Source of the DNA: Octopus vulgaris
Taxonomy: Eukaryota
DNA: 64,000 bases
Reading direction: 5' to 3'
Assembly: GCA_951406725.2 (NCBI GenBank)
Contig: OX597818.1
Span: 49,662,001 to 49,726,000 of the forward strand
Shown: positions 26,245 to 40,014 of the stretch, piece by piece
Layout of the letters: each line of letters starts with the position of its first letter
How positions within the stretch are numbered: position 1 is the stretch's first letter
Made by a program: the position numbers and the translations under genes
Notes under the pieces: generated by a model
The model's database searches: none
Told to the model about the DNA's origin: nothing
What the model saw: only the letters and a program-made list of their open reading frames with translations

Positions 26245-26554
26245 ACCATGATCACCGTGACCGACCAGGCTATCAGATGTTACTAAACATCGCTGGTCAC
26301 AATGCACTTCACATTGTTTTAGCCTTCAAAGGACGCCACCCCGCTGGCTAAGCGAGCAGGCCAACAGAAGAAAGAGTGAGAGAAAGTTGTGGCGAAAGAG
26401 TACAGCAGGGATCGCCACCACCCCCTGCCAGAGCCTTGTGGAGCTTTAGGTGTTTTCGTTCAATAAACACTCATAACGCCTGGTCTGGGAATCGAAACCG
26501 TGATCCTACGACCACGAGTCCGCTGCCCTAACCATTGGGCCATTGCGCCTCCAT
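26245..26554 (-). mobile_element. tRNA-derived SINE family D, tail type 1
   Basis: Head ggaggcgcaatggcccaatggttagggcagcggactcg..ggtttcgattccc; core aaaacacctaaagctccac..ccctgctgtactctttcgccacaac. Confidence 0.85.
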
Positions 26555-26598
26555 TCATATATATATATTTGAGAGTAAAATAGTGGAACAGCTACATT

Positions 26599-27059
26599 TT
26601 AAAAATCATAATAAAGATAAGTATGTAATATTAGCACTATTGTATCAATAAATACATAAATAAAGTACAGCTATGATTATTAAAAAAATGTTTAAAAGTT
26701 CTTATGATTAATTTGTGCATATACTTCCTCTTAAAATGAAATCTGAAGTTGATAAGCATCGTTGGGAAAGTGAATGAAGAAAATGCTGTTTGAATTGAAT
26801 GAGGAAAATGTTGTTTAAAAAATTACTGGTATTCCTATATCCATGTTGGTATAAATTCAACGTGATTCTCTGATGAGTGGATATACTTCCCAACAAGGCT
26901 TATCAACTTTAGATTTCATTTTAAGAGGAAGTACATTCATGAAATGATTGTAAGAAATTTTAAGCATTTTAAAACTTTTTAATAATCATAGCTGTATTTT
27001 ATTTATTTATTAATACAATATTGCTAGTATTATATACTTATCTTTATTATGATTTTTAA
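26599..27059. mobile_element. Fold-back PLE-type remnant with ~170-bp inverted arms
   Basis: 26599-26771 is the reverse complement of ~26884-27059. Confidence 0.75.
26866..26956 (+). ncRNA. Type-I hammerhead motif with long stem II
   Basis: ttct-CTGATGA-gtggatatacttcc...ggaagtacattcat-GAAA-tgatt-GTA-agaa. Confidence 0.7.
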
Positions 27060-27232
27060 GATATGACTATGATATGTAATAAATAATCACTCTAATATAT
27101 AATCACTCTCATTAATCTCTATATATCTTTTAAGATTTTAGACATATTTCATACTAGGGCACGTATTTGAAATCCAGTACACCTTGTTTTCAAAGGACAT
27201 ATTCATTTAACTATATATATATATATATATAT

Positions 27233-27274
<42 letters not shown>

Positions 27275-27660
27275 AAAAAGCAAAAGACGAAACCAGTTGG
27301 TGTAGACAAGAGTGGGTAAAGTAAGGGTGGGGTGTGGGTTAGGTTGAGGGTGGGGAGTAGAGGTGGGGTAGGTGGGAGTGGGCATAAGGGATGGGATGGA
27401 TAGGGAAGTAGGAGTGAAGGAGGGTAGGAGTGAAGAGAAGTAGGAGGTAGAGCAAGAGAAGAGAGGTGGGTGAAAGGAAGTTGGTGTGAGAGGAAGAGAG
27501 GAGAGGGGAGGAGGGTTAGATGAAGAGAAGAGGAGAGTTGAGCCCATGTGGCACAAAGGAGTAAAGAGAGAAGATTAAATACATATATATTGTTTGTAGA
27601 AAAACATAAATTCAGAGAAAAAGCACACTCTAAGATGTAGAGCAGTTAATATGATATACA

Positions 27661-27800
27661 GTGTATTATCAGACCCCAAACCTTTTGGCCTAAGATCTCA
27701 TCAAAATATGCAGGGAGAAATGCTTTACTAAAGATAGACATTTCCTCCTCCATATTTTGATGAGGTCTTAGGCCAACAGGTTTGGGGTCTGATGATGCGC
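27661..27800. repeat. ~60-bp-arm inverted repeat
   Basis: atcagaccccaaaccttttggcctaagatctcatcaaaatatg versus catattttgatgaggtcttaggccaacaggtttggggtctgat. Confidence 0.85.
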
Positions 27801-28084
27801 AGTAAGGCCAAAACCCTTATGGATGAAAAACCCAGGGAAACTCCATAAACCAGCCTCCCCCACACCATCATTCACACACCTACACATACACACACCCACA
27901 TGTCAAGGTCACCAGCCCCAATCCACACCCACACACATGCACACCTTTGATTTGGGATCACCACTACTTTATTATCTCCCCTTCTTCCGAGCTCTCCTGC
28001 CTGACCACCTCTGTCCGATCATCACCATGATCAACTGCTAGTCACTAAAACTTTTTTATTCTCTTTCTATTTATTTTCTCGTGT

Positions 28085-28123
28085 TCTTTTCTGTTGAAGA
28101 GCATAGGCTCGAAACGTAAAAGA
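28085..28123 (+). ncRNA. Minimal hammerhead-like motif (variant core CUGUUGA) in PLE-type repeat 28040-28211
   Basis: tctttt-CTGTTGA-a-gagc-atag-gctc-GAAAC-GTA-aaaga. Confidence 0.55.
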
Positions 28124-28208
28124 CTTTCTCACCTTCCCGAGCATTAAACTCATACACCTGTTTGTTGTTCATACACCTGTCTTTGTCTTTTGGTTTTTTG
28201 TAAATTCC

Positions 28209-28282
<74 letters not shown>

Positions 28283-28315
28283 ATATGTATATATATATAT
28301 GTATAAATATATATG

Positions 28316-28374
<59 letters not shown>

Positions 28375-28784
28375 ACATGGTATATGATACATTATAACTG
28401 AAAGACTCATAATTCCAGTACTCTGAGTTATACATTTCCAATCATTCAGCTGGAAATCTTAGCCAATTTTACCTTGAAATATCTGTTGTTTGAATATATT
28501 ATGAAATATTATATGAAAGTTATGAAGAAAATGTTTATCTTTATATTCTTTCTTTTCTTTTAAAAAAACCCCCGAAACTTTTGCACGTGTCACTCACTAA
28601 GCTTTTTTAAAAAAGAACTTTGAGGTAAATGTGAAATTTGATTAGTGTCTGCTGTTGCCATCTGTGGTTGTTTTCAGTCTCAGTGGCTGAGAGAAATAGA
28701 GTTCGGTAAGAAATTGAAGAGGGGGAGAAACTTCCCTTAAGGGGAGAGAATCACTGAGAGAGAGAGAATTAATTTATTTTCATA

Positions 28785-29205
28785 TAGGTGCAGGAGTGGC
28801 TGTGTGGTAAGTAGCTTGCTTACCAACCACATGGTTCCAGGTTCAATCCCTCTGTGTGGCACTTTGGGCAAGTGTCTTCTACTATAGCCTTGAGCCAACC
28901 AAAGCCTTGTGAGTGGATTTGGTAGACAGAAACTGAAAGAAGCCCGTCGTATATATGTATATATATATGTATATATATGTGTGTATGTGTTTGTGTGTCT
29001 GTGTTTGTCCCCCACCCCCAACATCACTTGACAACCAATGCTGCTGTGTTTATGTTCCCGTAACTTAGTGGTTCAGCCAAATAGACTGATAGAATAAGTA
29101 CTAGGCTTACAAAGAATAAGTCCTGGGGTCAATTTGCTCGACTAAAGGCTGTGCTCCAGCATGGCCACATTCAAATGACTGAAACAAGTAAAAGAGTAAA
29201 GAGAG
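28785..29205 (+). mobile_element. SINE family A
   Basis: Full-length copy. Confidence 0.9.
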
Positions 29206-29669
29206 AGTATATACTTTTATTATGTGATTAGATATAATTCCTTCTGATTTTTATGTTTTGGTTGTCCTAGTAGCTACAAGCAGATACAGATAAATTTATT
29301 TCGCCCTAATTGTGGGGTTTGTCAATGTACAACAGCTTGGGATAAAACTTCATGGCCATTTAAACCATTCTCTTTTTAATTTTCATATAATGTTTCAAAA
29401 TATATAATACAGAGTACTGGATTTATGAGCTTTTCAATTGTAATGCACAAAAGAGATTTAAATATATATTTATATATATGCATTCATGCATACATACACG
29501 CATATATACATGCATGTATACATACATACCTACATACAGACAGACAAAACATTTGGGACAAAGACTTACTGTAGTGTTTGCATACCATGTTTAAGAAATA
29601 AGCTCAAAATTTATTAGCTTTTTTTAATGAGTTATAGTAGTTTTTATAACACCTCATACCTTAAAGAAC

Positions 29670-29707
<38 letters not shown>

Positions 29708-30030
29708 CACACACACGTTCTCTCTGTCCTTCTCTCACTTTTGACACGCACGCATGCACACATGTAATTATGTATGTATGTACGTATGTATGTATGTATG
29801 TATGTATGTATGTATGTATGCATATATGTATGCATGTATGTATGCATGTATCCGTGTATGTATGTGCATGTATATATGTATGTGTACATAAATTTACACA
29901 CATACACACACGTACATATGCATATTATATGCATATATAGAGTAAGTAAATGAATCTTAATCAGCATCAATGAGTTAAATTTATAAATATTCCAGTTATT
30001 CAATCAACTGAACTACCTATTATCAATATA

Positions 30031-30408
30031 TAGGTGCAGGAGTGGCTGTGTGGTAAGAAGCTTGCTTACCAACCACATGGTTCCGGGTTCAGTCCCACTG
30101 CGTTGCACCTTGGGCAAGTGTCTTCTACTATAGCCTTGGGCCAACCAAAGCCTTGTGAGTGGATTTGGTAGATGGAAATTGAAAGAAGCCTGTCGTATAT
30201 GTGTGTGTGTGTTTGTCCCCCCACCATCGCTTGACAACTGATGTTGGCATGTTCTTGTCCCTGTAACTTAGCAGTTCGGCAAAAAGGGACTGATAGAATA
30301 AGTACCAGGCTTACAAAAAATAAGTCCTGGGGGCGATTTGCTCAACTAAAGATGGTGCTCCAGCATGGCCACAGTCAAATGACTGAAACAAATAAAAGAA
30401 TAAAAGAA
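30031..30408 (+). mobile_element. SINE family A
   Basis: Full length, short microsatellite. Confidence 0.9.
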
Positions 30409-30769
30409 TCATTAAAAGTGGCTGAGTTTTTCAATATACACTGGTACCTTTAACATGAATCTCATGTAGGAACATGTTACAGAAGGCTGACTTTGTCCAT
30501 CTCATGGATTTCTACTCAATTTTGCCCTACCATCTGCCCAGTGTTTCACCCAAGGATCAGTTGACTTGATGCTCTTGGAAAAGAAACTTTCCCTACATAC
30601 TATGCAGGTCAATGAAACCTAGAACTCATGAGTGCAAAATGGATTTAACCACTTGGCCAAGTCTATGTTAGAGACACAAAGATACACATGGTGAAGTAAT
30701 TTAATTTAATGACTAAGGTATACTGATAAGTAGGTGCTGATTATTTATTTAATCACTTATAATTCAAAC

Positions 30770-31196
30770 TCTCTTTACTCTTTAATCTTTTACTTGTTTC
30801 AGTCATTTGACTGTGGCTATGCTAGAGCACTGCCTTTAAGTTGAGCAAATCAACCTTATTCTTTGTAAGCCTAGAACTTACTCTTTGTATACCTAGTACT
30901 TATTCTATCGGTCTCTTTTGCTGAACCACTAACTTACGTAAACACACCAGTATTGGTTGTCAAGTGCTGTTGGGGGAACAAACACAGACACACAAAGATA
31001 TACACACACACATACATATATATACATATACATATATACAACAGGCTTCTTTCAGTTTCTGTCTACCAAATCCACTCACAAAGCTTTGGTCGACCTGAGG
31101 CTATAGAAGAAGACACTTGCCCAAGGTGCCATGCAGTGGGACTGAACCTAGAACCATGTGATTCGTAAGCAAGCTACTTACCACACAGCCATTCCT
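30770..31196 (-). mobile_element. SINE family A
   Basis: Full-length reverse-complement copy. Confidence 0.9.
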
Positions 31197-31519
31197 AAAC
31201 TATTTATAAACAGAAGAGAATTTTTTGCTCTTTTAATTGGTGTAAGTTTAAATGTGAAAATTTTAAATTAGCTTAATACAATTACTGGCAGTATCAATAA
31301 CACTACAAAAACAAATGTTACTTAATTTTAAAACATTTAACACTTTTTTCTAAAAGCAAAATGGAGAACAGAAGAATGCAATCACATGGTACTAATACTT
31401 GGTTCAGTAGCTCAAAATCATATTATATCTACAAAGCATTGATTCTATAAGTTTCATGATCACAATCTGATATTTCCTCTTATTTTATTTTTGTTCTTAT
31501 ATTTTTTTTTGGATTTCCT

Positions 31520-32450
31520 TTATTTAGTACTCATGGCAATCTTCTTCCAAAAGTTTTCTATCAGGTTTAAATCCAGGGATTGAGCTGGCCACTGCATCAA
31601 TTCGATTTCTTGCGTTTGATGAATTCTTTCATTGTTCTTGTGGTATGATTCACGTTGGAGTCGTACAGAAACAAAAATCTATAACCAACCCAAACAACTC
31701 TTAGAAACATATATGGAAGCATTGTCTTTTTTAAATTCTCTAGTTTGGCTGTAGTATTTATGATGCCTTTGATTGAACCATGTTGCAGACATGCCACCAA
31801 AATTATGATCTTGTTACCATCCTAAACCAGTAGATTCATACACCCTTGATAAAATACTTCTCTTGACCAATTCTGGACATACACTGAGCTGCAGAGTCAA
31901 ACCAATCAGATTTTGAGCCATCTCACAAAAGGCTGATGACATCCAATTATTATGTTCCTAAGCAAAACTTTTTTGACAAAAATGTGATGGATGGAAGCTC
32001 TCTGTCGGTTACGACGACGAGGGTTCCAGTTGATCCGATCAACGGAACAGCCTGCTCATGAAATTAACATGTAAGTGGCTGAGCACTCCACAGACACGTG
32101 CACCCTTAACGTAGTTCTCAGGGATATTCAGCGTGACACAGAGAGTGACAAGGCCGGCCCTTTGAAATACAGGTACAACAGAAACAGGAAGTAAGAGTGA
32201 GAGAAAGTTGTGGTGAAAGAGTACAGCAGGGATCACCACCATCCCCTGCCAGAGCCTCGTGGAACTTTTAGGTGTTTTCGCTCAATAAACACTCACAACG
32301 CCCGGTCTGGGAATCGAAACCGCGATCCTACGACCGCGAGTCTGCTGCCCTAACCCCTGGGCCATTGCGCCTCCTTGACAAAAATGTACATTTGTTTTAC
32401 ACATAACATGTTTGACAAGCCCAAACTACTTCAGTCAAATTCTAATTGTT
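31520..32450 (-). pseudogene. Highly decayed Tc1-like transposase remnant, split by a SINE
   Basis: Minus strand WPAQSLDLNLIE (~31556-31591) and FLYDSNVNH resemble the Tc1 WPxxSPDLNPIE and QDNAxxH motifs. Confidence 0.5.
31986..32374 (-). mobile_element. SINE family D, tail type 2, 13-bp TSD
   Basis: ttgacaaaaatgt at 31973-31985 and 32375-32387. Confidence 0.9.
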
Positions 32451-33771
32451 ATGACACAAATCCATGAACAGTATTTCCGTCGAACATTGTTTAAAATGTC
32501 AATTACAATCATTTTACTGTTCTTCATCAACAAGCTAAATATATCTGTCCATACTTTTAGTACTTTTTCATAATTGCTCTTATTGAGGATGGTCAGGATA
32601 ATGCCCAGATTCATTGAAGATGTCCACAGCATGGGGAGTAACTTAATTGGGCATCCAGATCTGGTAGCTTATTCAGTTGGACAATACTCTAATGACAAAT
32701 TATTTTCATTTAACCATCACTACAGATCATACAATGATAATGACACTGCTCCTAGTTTATGATACAGACTATCTATTTCAACACGATATAAACTATCTAT
32801 TTCAACACAATCTTAATTCAAATCTTCCATGAAAATTTTGTACTAATTTATATTCCAAACATCAACTTGGAATAGTTATTTTTTAAAATTCTTTCAAAAT
32901 CAAACAGTTATTGATAAATTTTAGAATGCACAATATTAAGATTAAAATACTCTTTTTCTAAAATGTTATTAAAGTATTTGTGGGTTTTAATTTATAACTT
33001 GTTTTTGTGACATTTTTTAATACAACAAATTATTGCTTTTCATTAATTAAAATGTTCATGTTTAAACTTATGTCATTTAAAAGAATAATAAAGCAATATC
33101 TCTGTTTATTCATATTTAGTTTAAGTCATAAAGGATTAAATAAATGGAAATAATTTTAGTTTAATCCTCTGTGTACCTCTTTGTCTTTAAATTAAATAAT
33201 TCCAGTGTACATCTACACATAAACACACATGCATGTATGCAGACATGCACACACATACACACACACACACACATACACTCTCATGTACATATATATATTT
33301 TCATCATCAGCATTTAACATCCACTTTGTCATACATGTGTGGGTCAGAAGGAAATTCTTGTGGCAAATGTTCTACAATCAGACGCCCTTCCTGTTGCCAA
33401 CTTTCATGTCATGTCAAGACAAGAGCATATATGCACACATGCTCACACACATACACACACACACACTTCCAATACATAAGTGTACATACATATATACATA
33501 CATAAATGTACATACATACATACATACATACATATATACATACATAAATGTACATACATACATACATACATACATACATACATACATACATTTCAGTTTC
33601 TGGTATCCAAATCCAAACACTAGCCATTGGTTGGCACATGGTTATGGTAGAAGACACTTGCCCAAGGTGTCATACAATGGGGCTGAATCATAGACTGTAC
33701 AGTTGGGAAACAAACTCCTTAACCATGCAGCCATGCCTGAACCTACACCACACATGCGCATACTATATATA

Positions 33772-35028
33772 TACACAGACATGACAGACGTAAATAGACA
33801 CCCCATAAAACATCGTTTTATGTTTATTCTAACTTGTAAAGGTTTATATTTTTTTATTATTAATTGACATTTTTATGTTTCAGGTTCTATATGTGACTGT
33901 TTAATCATGACATGTACAAAAGAAGTCTTGGAACTGTCTGAATTTCAAAAAAGCCATATTGTTGGTCAATCTGAAGGTGGACATAGTCAGTGTAAAATCA
34001 CAGAAAATCTTGGGATCCCACTTTCTACAGTTAATAGAGTGATTGTGCAATTTACCAGAGAGGGGAAGGTGTCCACATCACGTTGACCAGGGCTCTCTGA
34101 CAGGACCCTTCTCTTTGTTAAGAGAAGTGTGGAGGATAATCCTCATTGCAAGACCCCTGACATAGCAGAAGATATTGATGCCAGTCTAAGAACAGCTGTC
34201 AGGTATCTCCACAAACTTGGTTACAATGGTAGAGCAGCAAGATGGAAGCCATTTCTTTGACCAGCCAATATCAAGCAGAGAAAAGATTGGGCCAGTGAGA
34301 TGCTGGAGAGGCTACTAGTATTTTGGGACAGTGTCATATTCTCTGATGAGTCCAGATTTGCTCTGTTTTCTGACAGTGGTCGAGTGTATGTCTGGAGATT
34401 CTGTGATCAAGAATTTGACATGAAAAGATTGCAGCCAACAATGAAACATGGCAGCTATTCTGTGATGGTCTAGGGAGCAATTTGGAGCAATGGTCAATCA
34501 GAGCTGGTGGAGTGTGAGGGATACATAAACTCAGATAAATACATGTCCATATTGCAGAAAGGACTCCCTCCAATCTTCTCCAATGGTAAAATGATTAAAG
34601 AAAACTTTATTTATGGAAGATGGGGCTCCTTGTCACATGGCTAAAATGACCCAAGATTTGTTGGGTGAGAATGGCATGGAAAACCTTCCATGACCAAGCC
34701 AGTCGCCAGATATGAACCCTATTGAACACCTCTGGGGCATAATGGACAGGACACTTCATAAAAAGAACAAGAAAGCTACTTCAAAGCCAAATCTTTTGAG
34801 ATTACTGCATGAAACTTGGCAAGAAATTCCTCAAGAGAATATTTGTCATCTGATCATTAACATGCCTAATAGAGTCCTTGCATTGAAAAACGCAATGCAA
34901 GAGGCATGTCTAATAAATATAAATATTCACATCATAACAATTAATAAATAATTTGAATGTATAATTTCAGATTGAAATAAATATTAATGATTATAAGGGT
35001 GTCTATTTACTTCTAACATGTCTGTGTA
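33772..35028 (+). mobile_element. Tc1 (DD34E) DNA transposon, full length, inactivated transposase ~33907-34915
   Basis: TA-flanked TIRs cacagacatg..aga(c/a)gtaaatagacaccc; motifs ELSEFQK, WDSVIFSDESRF, EDGAPCH-(34 aa)-SPDMNPIEHLW; in-frame stops. Confidence 0.9.
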
Positions 35029-35049
35029 TATATTTATGTGTACGTGTGT

Positions 35050-35232
<183 letters not shown>

Positions 35233-35235
35233 GAT

Positions 35236-35557
35236 TACTGGCACTCTGTCAGTTATGATAATGAGGGTTCAAGTTGATCTGATCAATGGAACAGCTTGCT
35301 CATGAAATTAATATGCAAATAGCTGAGCACTCCACAAGCACGCGTGCCCTTGACATAGTTCTCAGGGAGATTCAGTGTGACATAGAGTGTGACAAGGCTG
35401 ACCCTTTGAAATACAGGTATTAGTCATTTTTGTCAGCTGAGTGGATGGAGCAACCTGAAATAAAGTGTCTTGCTCAAGGACATAAAATTTTGCTAGGAAT
35501 TGAACTCACAACCTGACAACCATGAGCCAAATGCCCTAACCACTAAGTCACATGCCT
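35236..35557 (-). mobile_element. tRNA-derived SINE family E with the same tail as the 31986 copy
   Basis: Different head and core (gtccttgagcaagacactttatttca..ccactcagctg); tail cctgtatttcaaaggg..gaaccctc. Confidence 0.75.
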
Positions 35558-35580
35558 ATATATAAATATATATATATATA

Positions 35581-35750
35581 GATAGAAATGGTAAGACAAC
35601 AAAAGAATGAAAGAGACCTCAATATTATGTAAATAGAGGAATTTATCTGTAAATATATGCGACAATTATTCAGTAGCCGTGATAAAATTCCAAGTTTCAG
35701 ATGTCGGGGCGGAAGACCACACCACCATCCCTTCAGTTATCCGGCCATCG
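35581..35750 (-). mobile_element. PLE-type repeat with HHR-like motif (35681-35741); family also at 40960-41133, 42565-42640, 63365-63466
   Basis: gataa-CTGAAGG-gatg...catct-GAAAC-ttggaat-t-ttatc. Confidence 0.6.
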
Positions 35751-35789
<39 letters not shown>

Positions 35790-35790
<1 letters not shown>

Positions 35791-35965
35791 TATCGTCCTG
35801 AGTCGTGACGATAGAGTTGGCCTTCCGCATTGGTTCGCGGCGTTCAAGTCCCCTGTGACTGAGACCGATCTTGCGCAAGGCGTCTTCTGCTATAGCCCCT
35901 TCCGCACGCAATGCCTTGTGAGTGGATTTGGTAGACGGAAACTGAAAGAAGCCTGTCGTATATAT

Positions 35966-36005
<40 letters not shown>

Positions 36006-36208
36006 TTGGTGTCATGTTTGCACCCACTACATTGCTTGACAACCGATGCTGGTTGGCGTTACGGAAGGGCATCACTTAGCAGTTAAAAGAGACCAGATAA
36101 TAAGTACTGGGCCTTGACAAAGAATAAGTCCAGGTCTGCTCGACTAAAGGCGGTGCCCAGCATGAACCAGTCAAATGACTGAAACAATAAAAGAGTAAAA
36201 GAGGAAAA
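35790..36208 (+). mobile_element. SINE family A, indel-rich
   Basis: Recognisable core gccttgtgagtggatttggtagacgg with scrambled head and tail. Confidence 0.7.
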
Positions 36209-36209
36209 G

Positions 36210-36243
<34 letters not shown>

Positions 36244-36607
36244 TGACACTCTTCTTTCAGCTCCCAGCCACTAAATTCACTCGAAGGCTTTAGTCATCCC
36301 AGGGCAATAATAAAAAAATACTTTCCCTAGGTGTGATGCAGTAAAACTCATACTGAAATCTCATGATTTGGAAGCAAACTTCTTAGCCAGAAACCTGCAC
36401 CTAAACTGTGCATGTGCTTATCCAGGCCTGCATCAGCAGACCCACTGAGATTGTGTTAATGTTAGAGAATTTTAAATTACAAAATTAACTTTTATAAAAT
36501 TGGAGTGTATTAAGTGAATGATATTATGAATCCTCAATTTCAAAGTCAAAAGTAAATATTAAAGTGAATTCTTAAGATTGTGAAAATAAACATATATTTA
36601 TTGTAAA

Positions 36608-36997
36608 CTAGCAGTATCGTCCGGTGTTGCTCAGGTTTGTTTCGACCCTTTAGAATTGGAATTTTTGAAAAGTAAAAGTTTTGCATTATGTAGCTTGTTA
36701 TTCTTTTTAAGTGAACATTTTTCTGGTTGAAATACACAGAAAAATGGCGACACAGCAGTCAAAAAATCGTAAAAAATAGGGATTTTCATCGAAAAAAAGC
36801 ACCTTTTTGATGTAAATAATTTTTGGTCTTAACATGGTCTGATTTGAATTTTTTCTTCTATGGAAGGAAGAGCAAGCCTTCTTCTATCATACTCTCAATT
36901 TTAGTCAACTTGTGCCACAGGGTCTCGTAGGAGATAGTGTTAGTTGAAGGCTACCAAACCTGCCATACACAGACAACTTCAGTTTTATATATAAAGA
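36608..36997 (-). mobile_element. Non-autonomous Helitron (family H1)
   Basis: Near-identical to 4042-4434; a|ctagcag end. Confidence 0.85.
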
Positions 36998-37814
36998 GAG
37001 AGTAGAAAATTTATGAGACATTCATTGTTACTTCTATGCTGAAAATGAAGAACAACTTGACTACATCTGCTGAACTTTCTTAAATATTGGTTATATATAG
37101 GTCATGCATGTAACCTATCAAAAATAATAATTTAAATTTTTTACTATGAAAATCAAGATAATTTTGGATTGAATATAAACCATTTAGTTTTTTAGTTTTT
37201 TAATGATTAACCTCAGCATTCAAACATAAGAAATGTTTTGAAAATATTACATGAAAAGATATCAGTGTATCATATGTCATGGTTGTCCTTATTGTTAGTG
37301 GAGCTGGTGAGAACACTGCTTTAGTTAAAGCTATGACATGGCAGTAAATGATCATATGAATGGGAGTGACTAGCTGTATAGCGTGCTGTAGTCTGGCTTG
37401 AGATCACAGTGAAGAAATCTGTCGTGTTGTTTAAAGCACAGTGTGACATTCAATGCACATTGCATGTACCTGCTCAGTGCTATGTAATATATATTTTATA
37501 TATTTCGATGTCTTTGAAGTGGATGTAATAGAAATGATAAAATGTGGCATAATAGCGAAATACTGTGATATAGTGGTAGTTAAAGCAGAAAAGTGGGCGT
37601 TAGAATAATGATGATGATGATGATGATGATATTAGAGAGAATTTAGAATTGTGTGGGTGCAGGCTTGGTTGTGTTGTCGAGACATTTGATTCTTAGCCAC
37701 GTGGTTTTGCATTCATTCCCACTGCATGACACGTTAAGCAAGTAACTTGTACTCTTGCTCTGGGCCAACCAAACCCAGGAACTGAAATAAGTCTGATTTA
37801 TACAACATGTATAT

Positions 37815-38187
37815 ATTTATTTCTTTACTACCCACAAGGCGCTAAACACAGAGAGGACAAACAAGGTCAGACAAACGGATTAAGTCGATTATATCGACCC
37901 CAGTGCATAACTGGTACTTATTTAATCGACAACGAAAGGATCAAAGTAGACCTCGGCGGAATTTGAACTCAGACTGTAACGGCAGATGACATACCTATTT
38001 CTTTACTACCCACAAGGGACTAAACACAGAGGGGACAACAGATTAAGTCGATTACATTGACCCCAGTGCGTAACTGGTACTTATTTAATCAACCCCAAAA
38101 GGATGAAAGGCAAAGTAGACCTCGGCGGAATTTGAACTCAGAACGTAACGGCAGACGAAAAACCGCTAAGCATTTCACCCAGCGTGC
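37815..38187 (-). mobile_element. SINE family C tandem dimer
   Basis: tatttctttactacccacaagg...atttgaactcaga occurs twice. Confidence 0.85.
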
Positions 38188-38513
38188 TTGCCACTTGTAT
38201 ATATACATGTATATATCATCATCATTGTCATCAATGTTATCATTATTTTAATGGCCAGTCTTCCATGCTTTCGTGGGTTTGGACAAGGTTTATTGAGGCA
38301 GATTTTCTATGACTGGATGCCCTTCCTGTCACCAACCTTTATCTGTTTTTTAAGCAGAGTAATATTTTCATATGACCAGACATGTCTTCACAGAACATTG
38401 GAAATTAATGACACTGCTTGTATGATAGAGACAGACAACTGTTTGCAACTATCACATGATGTCAAGGAGACACAAATGTGCATACACATATATACATACA
38501 TTAATATATAATA

Positions 38514-39025
<512 letters not shown>

Positions 39026-39284
39026 ATACGCATATTTACATATATGTATCTTTTATTTTTTTTAATTGTGTCAGGCATTAGACTGCGGCCATACTGGGGC
39101 ACTGTTTTGGTACTTATTCTATCTGTCTCTTTTTGTTGAAATGCTAAGTTATAGGAATCTAAAGACAACCAACACCAGTTTTCACATGGGGGTGGGAGAC
39201 AAGCACTGACACAAAGCCACACACAGGTGCGCACGTGCATGCACACGCACACACAAACACACACACACACATGTATACTCTTCC

Positions 39285-39620
39285 TCTTTATTCTTTTACT
39301 TGTTTCAGTTATTTGACTGTGGCCATGCTGGAGCACTGCTTTTAGTCAAGCAAATCGACCCCAGGATTTATTCTTTGTAAGCCTAGTACTTATTCTATCG
39401 GTCTCTTTTGCCGAACCGCTAAGTTACAGGGACGTAAACACACCGCCATTGGTTGTCAAGCGATGTTGGGGGGACAAACACAGACACACAAACATATACA
39501 CATACACATACATACATATATATGTACATATATACGCCGGGCTTCTTTCAGTTTCCGTCGACCAAATCCACTCACAAGGCATTGGTCGGCCCGAGGCTAT
39601 AGTAGAAGACACTTGGCCAA
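39285..39620 (-). mobile_element. SINE family A, 5' truncated (older partial copy at 39055-39230)
   Basis: Reverse complement from the tail to gacacttg. Confidence 0.85.
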
Positions 39621-39789
39621 GTTTGTTATTTTCTGTCATATGTAGTAGGGCCATCCTAACAATATTATAAGCCCCTGGGCAAAGCAATGCACTGGAACCA
39701 CTACATACACAGCACAGTATACATAAAAAAAAAGTAAAGTTATCATCATGAGTCATACTGACTCATAAGGGCGGGTTCCCTGGCCCTTA

Positions 39790-39930
39790 TTTTTGCCAGC
39801 TGAGTGGACTGGAGCTATGTGAAATGAAGTGTTTTGCTTAAGAACACGATGTATCACTCAGTCTGGGATTTGAAACCTCAATCTTATAATCATGAGTCCA
39901 ACACCTTAACCACTGAGCCACGTGCCTCCA
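39790..39930 (-). mobile_element. SINE family E head and core
   Basis: tttttgccagctgagtggactggagc...ttaaccactgagccacgtgcctcca. Confidence 0.7.
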
Positions 39931-40014
39931 CAGGATACAGAGGTTAGTATTGAACCCCTAATGTGCCTATGTATTAAAATGACACGTCATAGGTTCCATC
40001 TCTTTCTCTTTCTC

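Noticed and set aside
28660-28712. Short plus-strand exon candidate (ttttcag ... ttcg|gtaaga)
   Set aside because: 22-28 nt, no recognisable peptide, expected by chance at this scale.
37398-37420. bantam-like seed TGAGATCA
   Set aside because: No pre-miRNA-sized hairpin and the 3' part does not match bantam.
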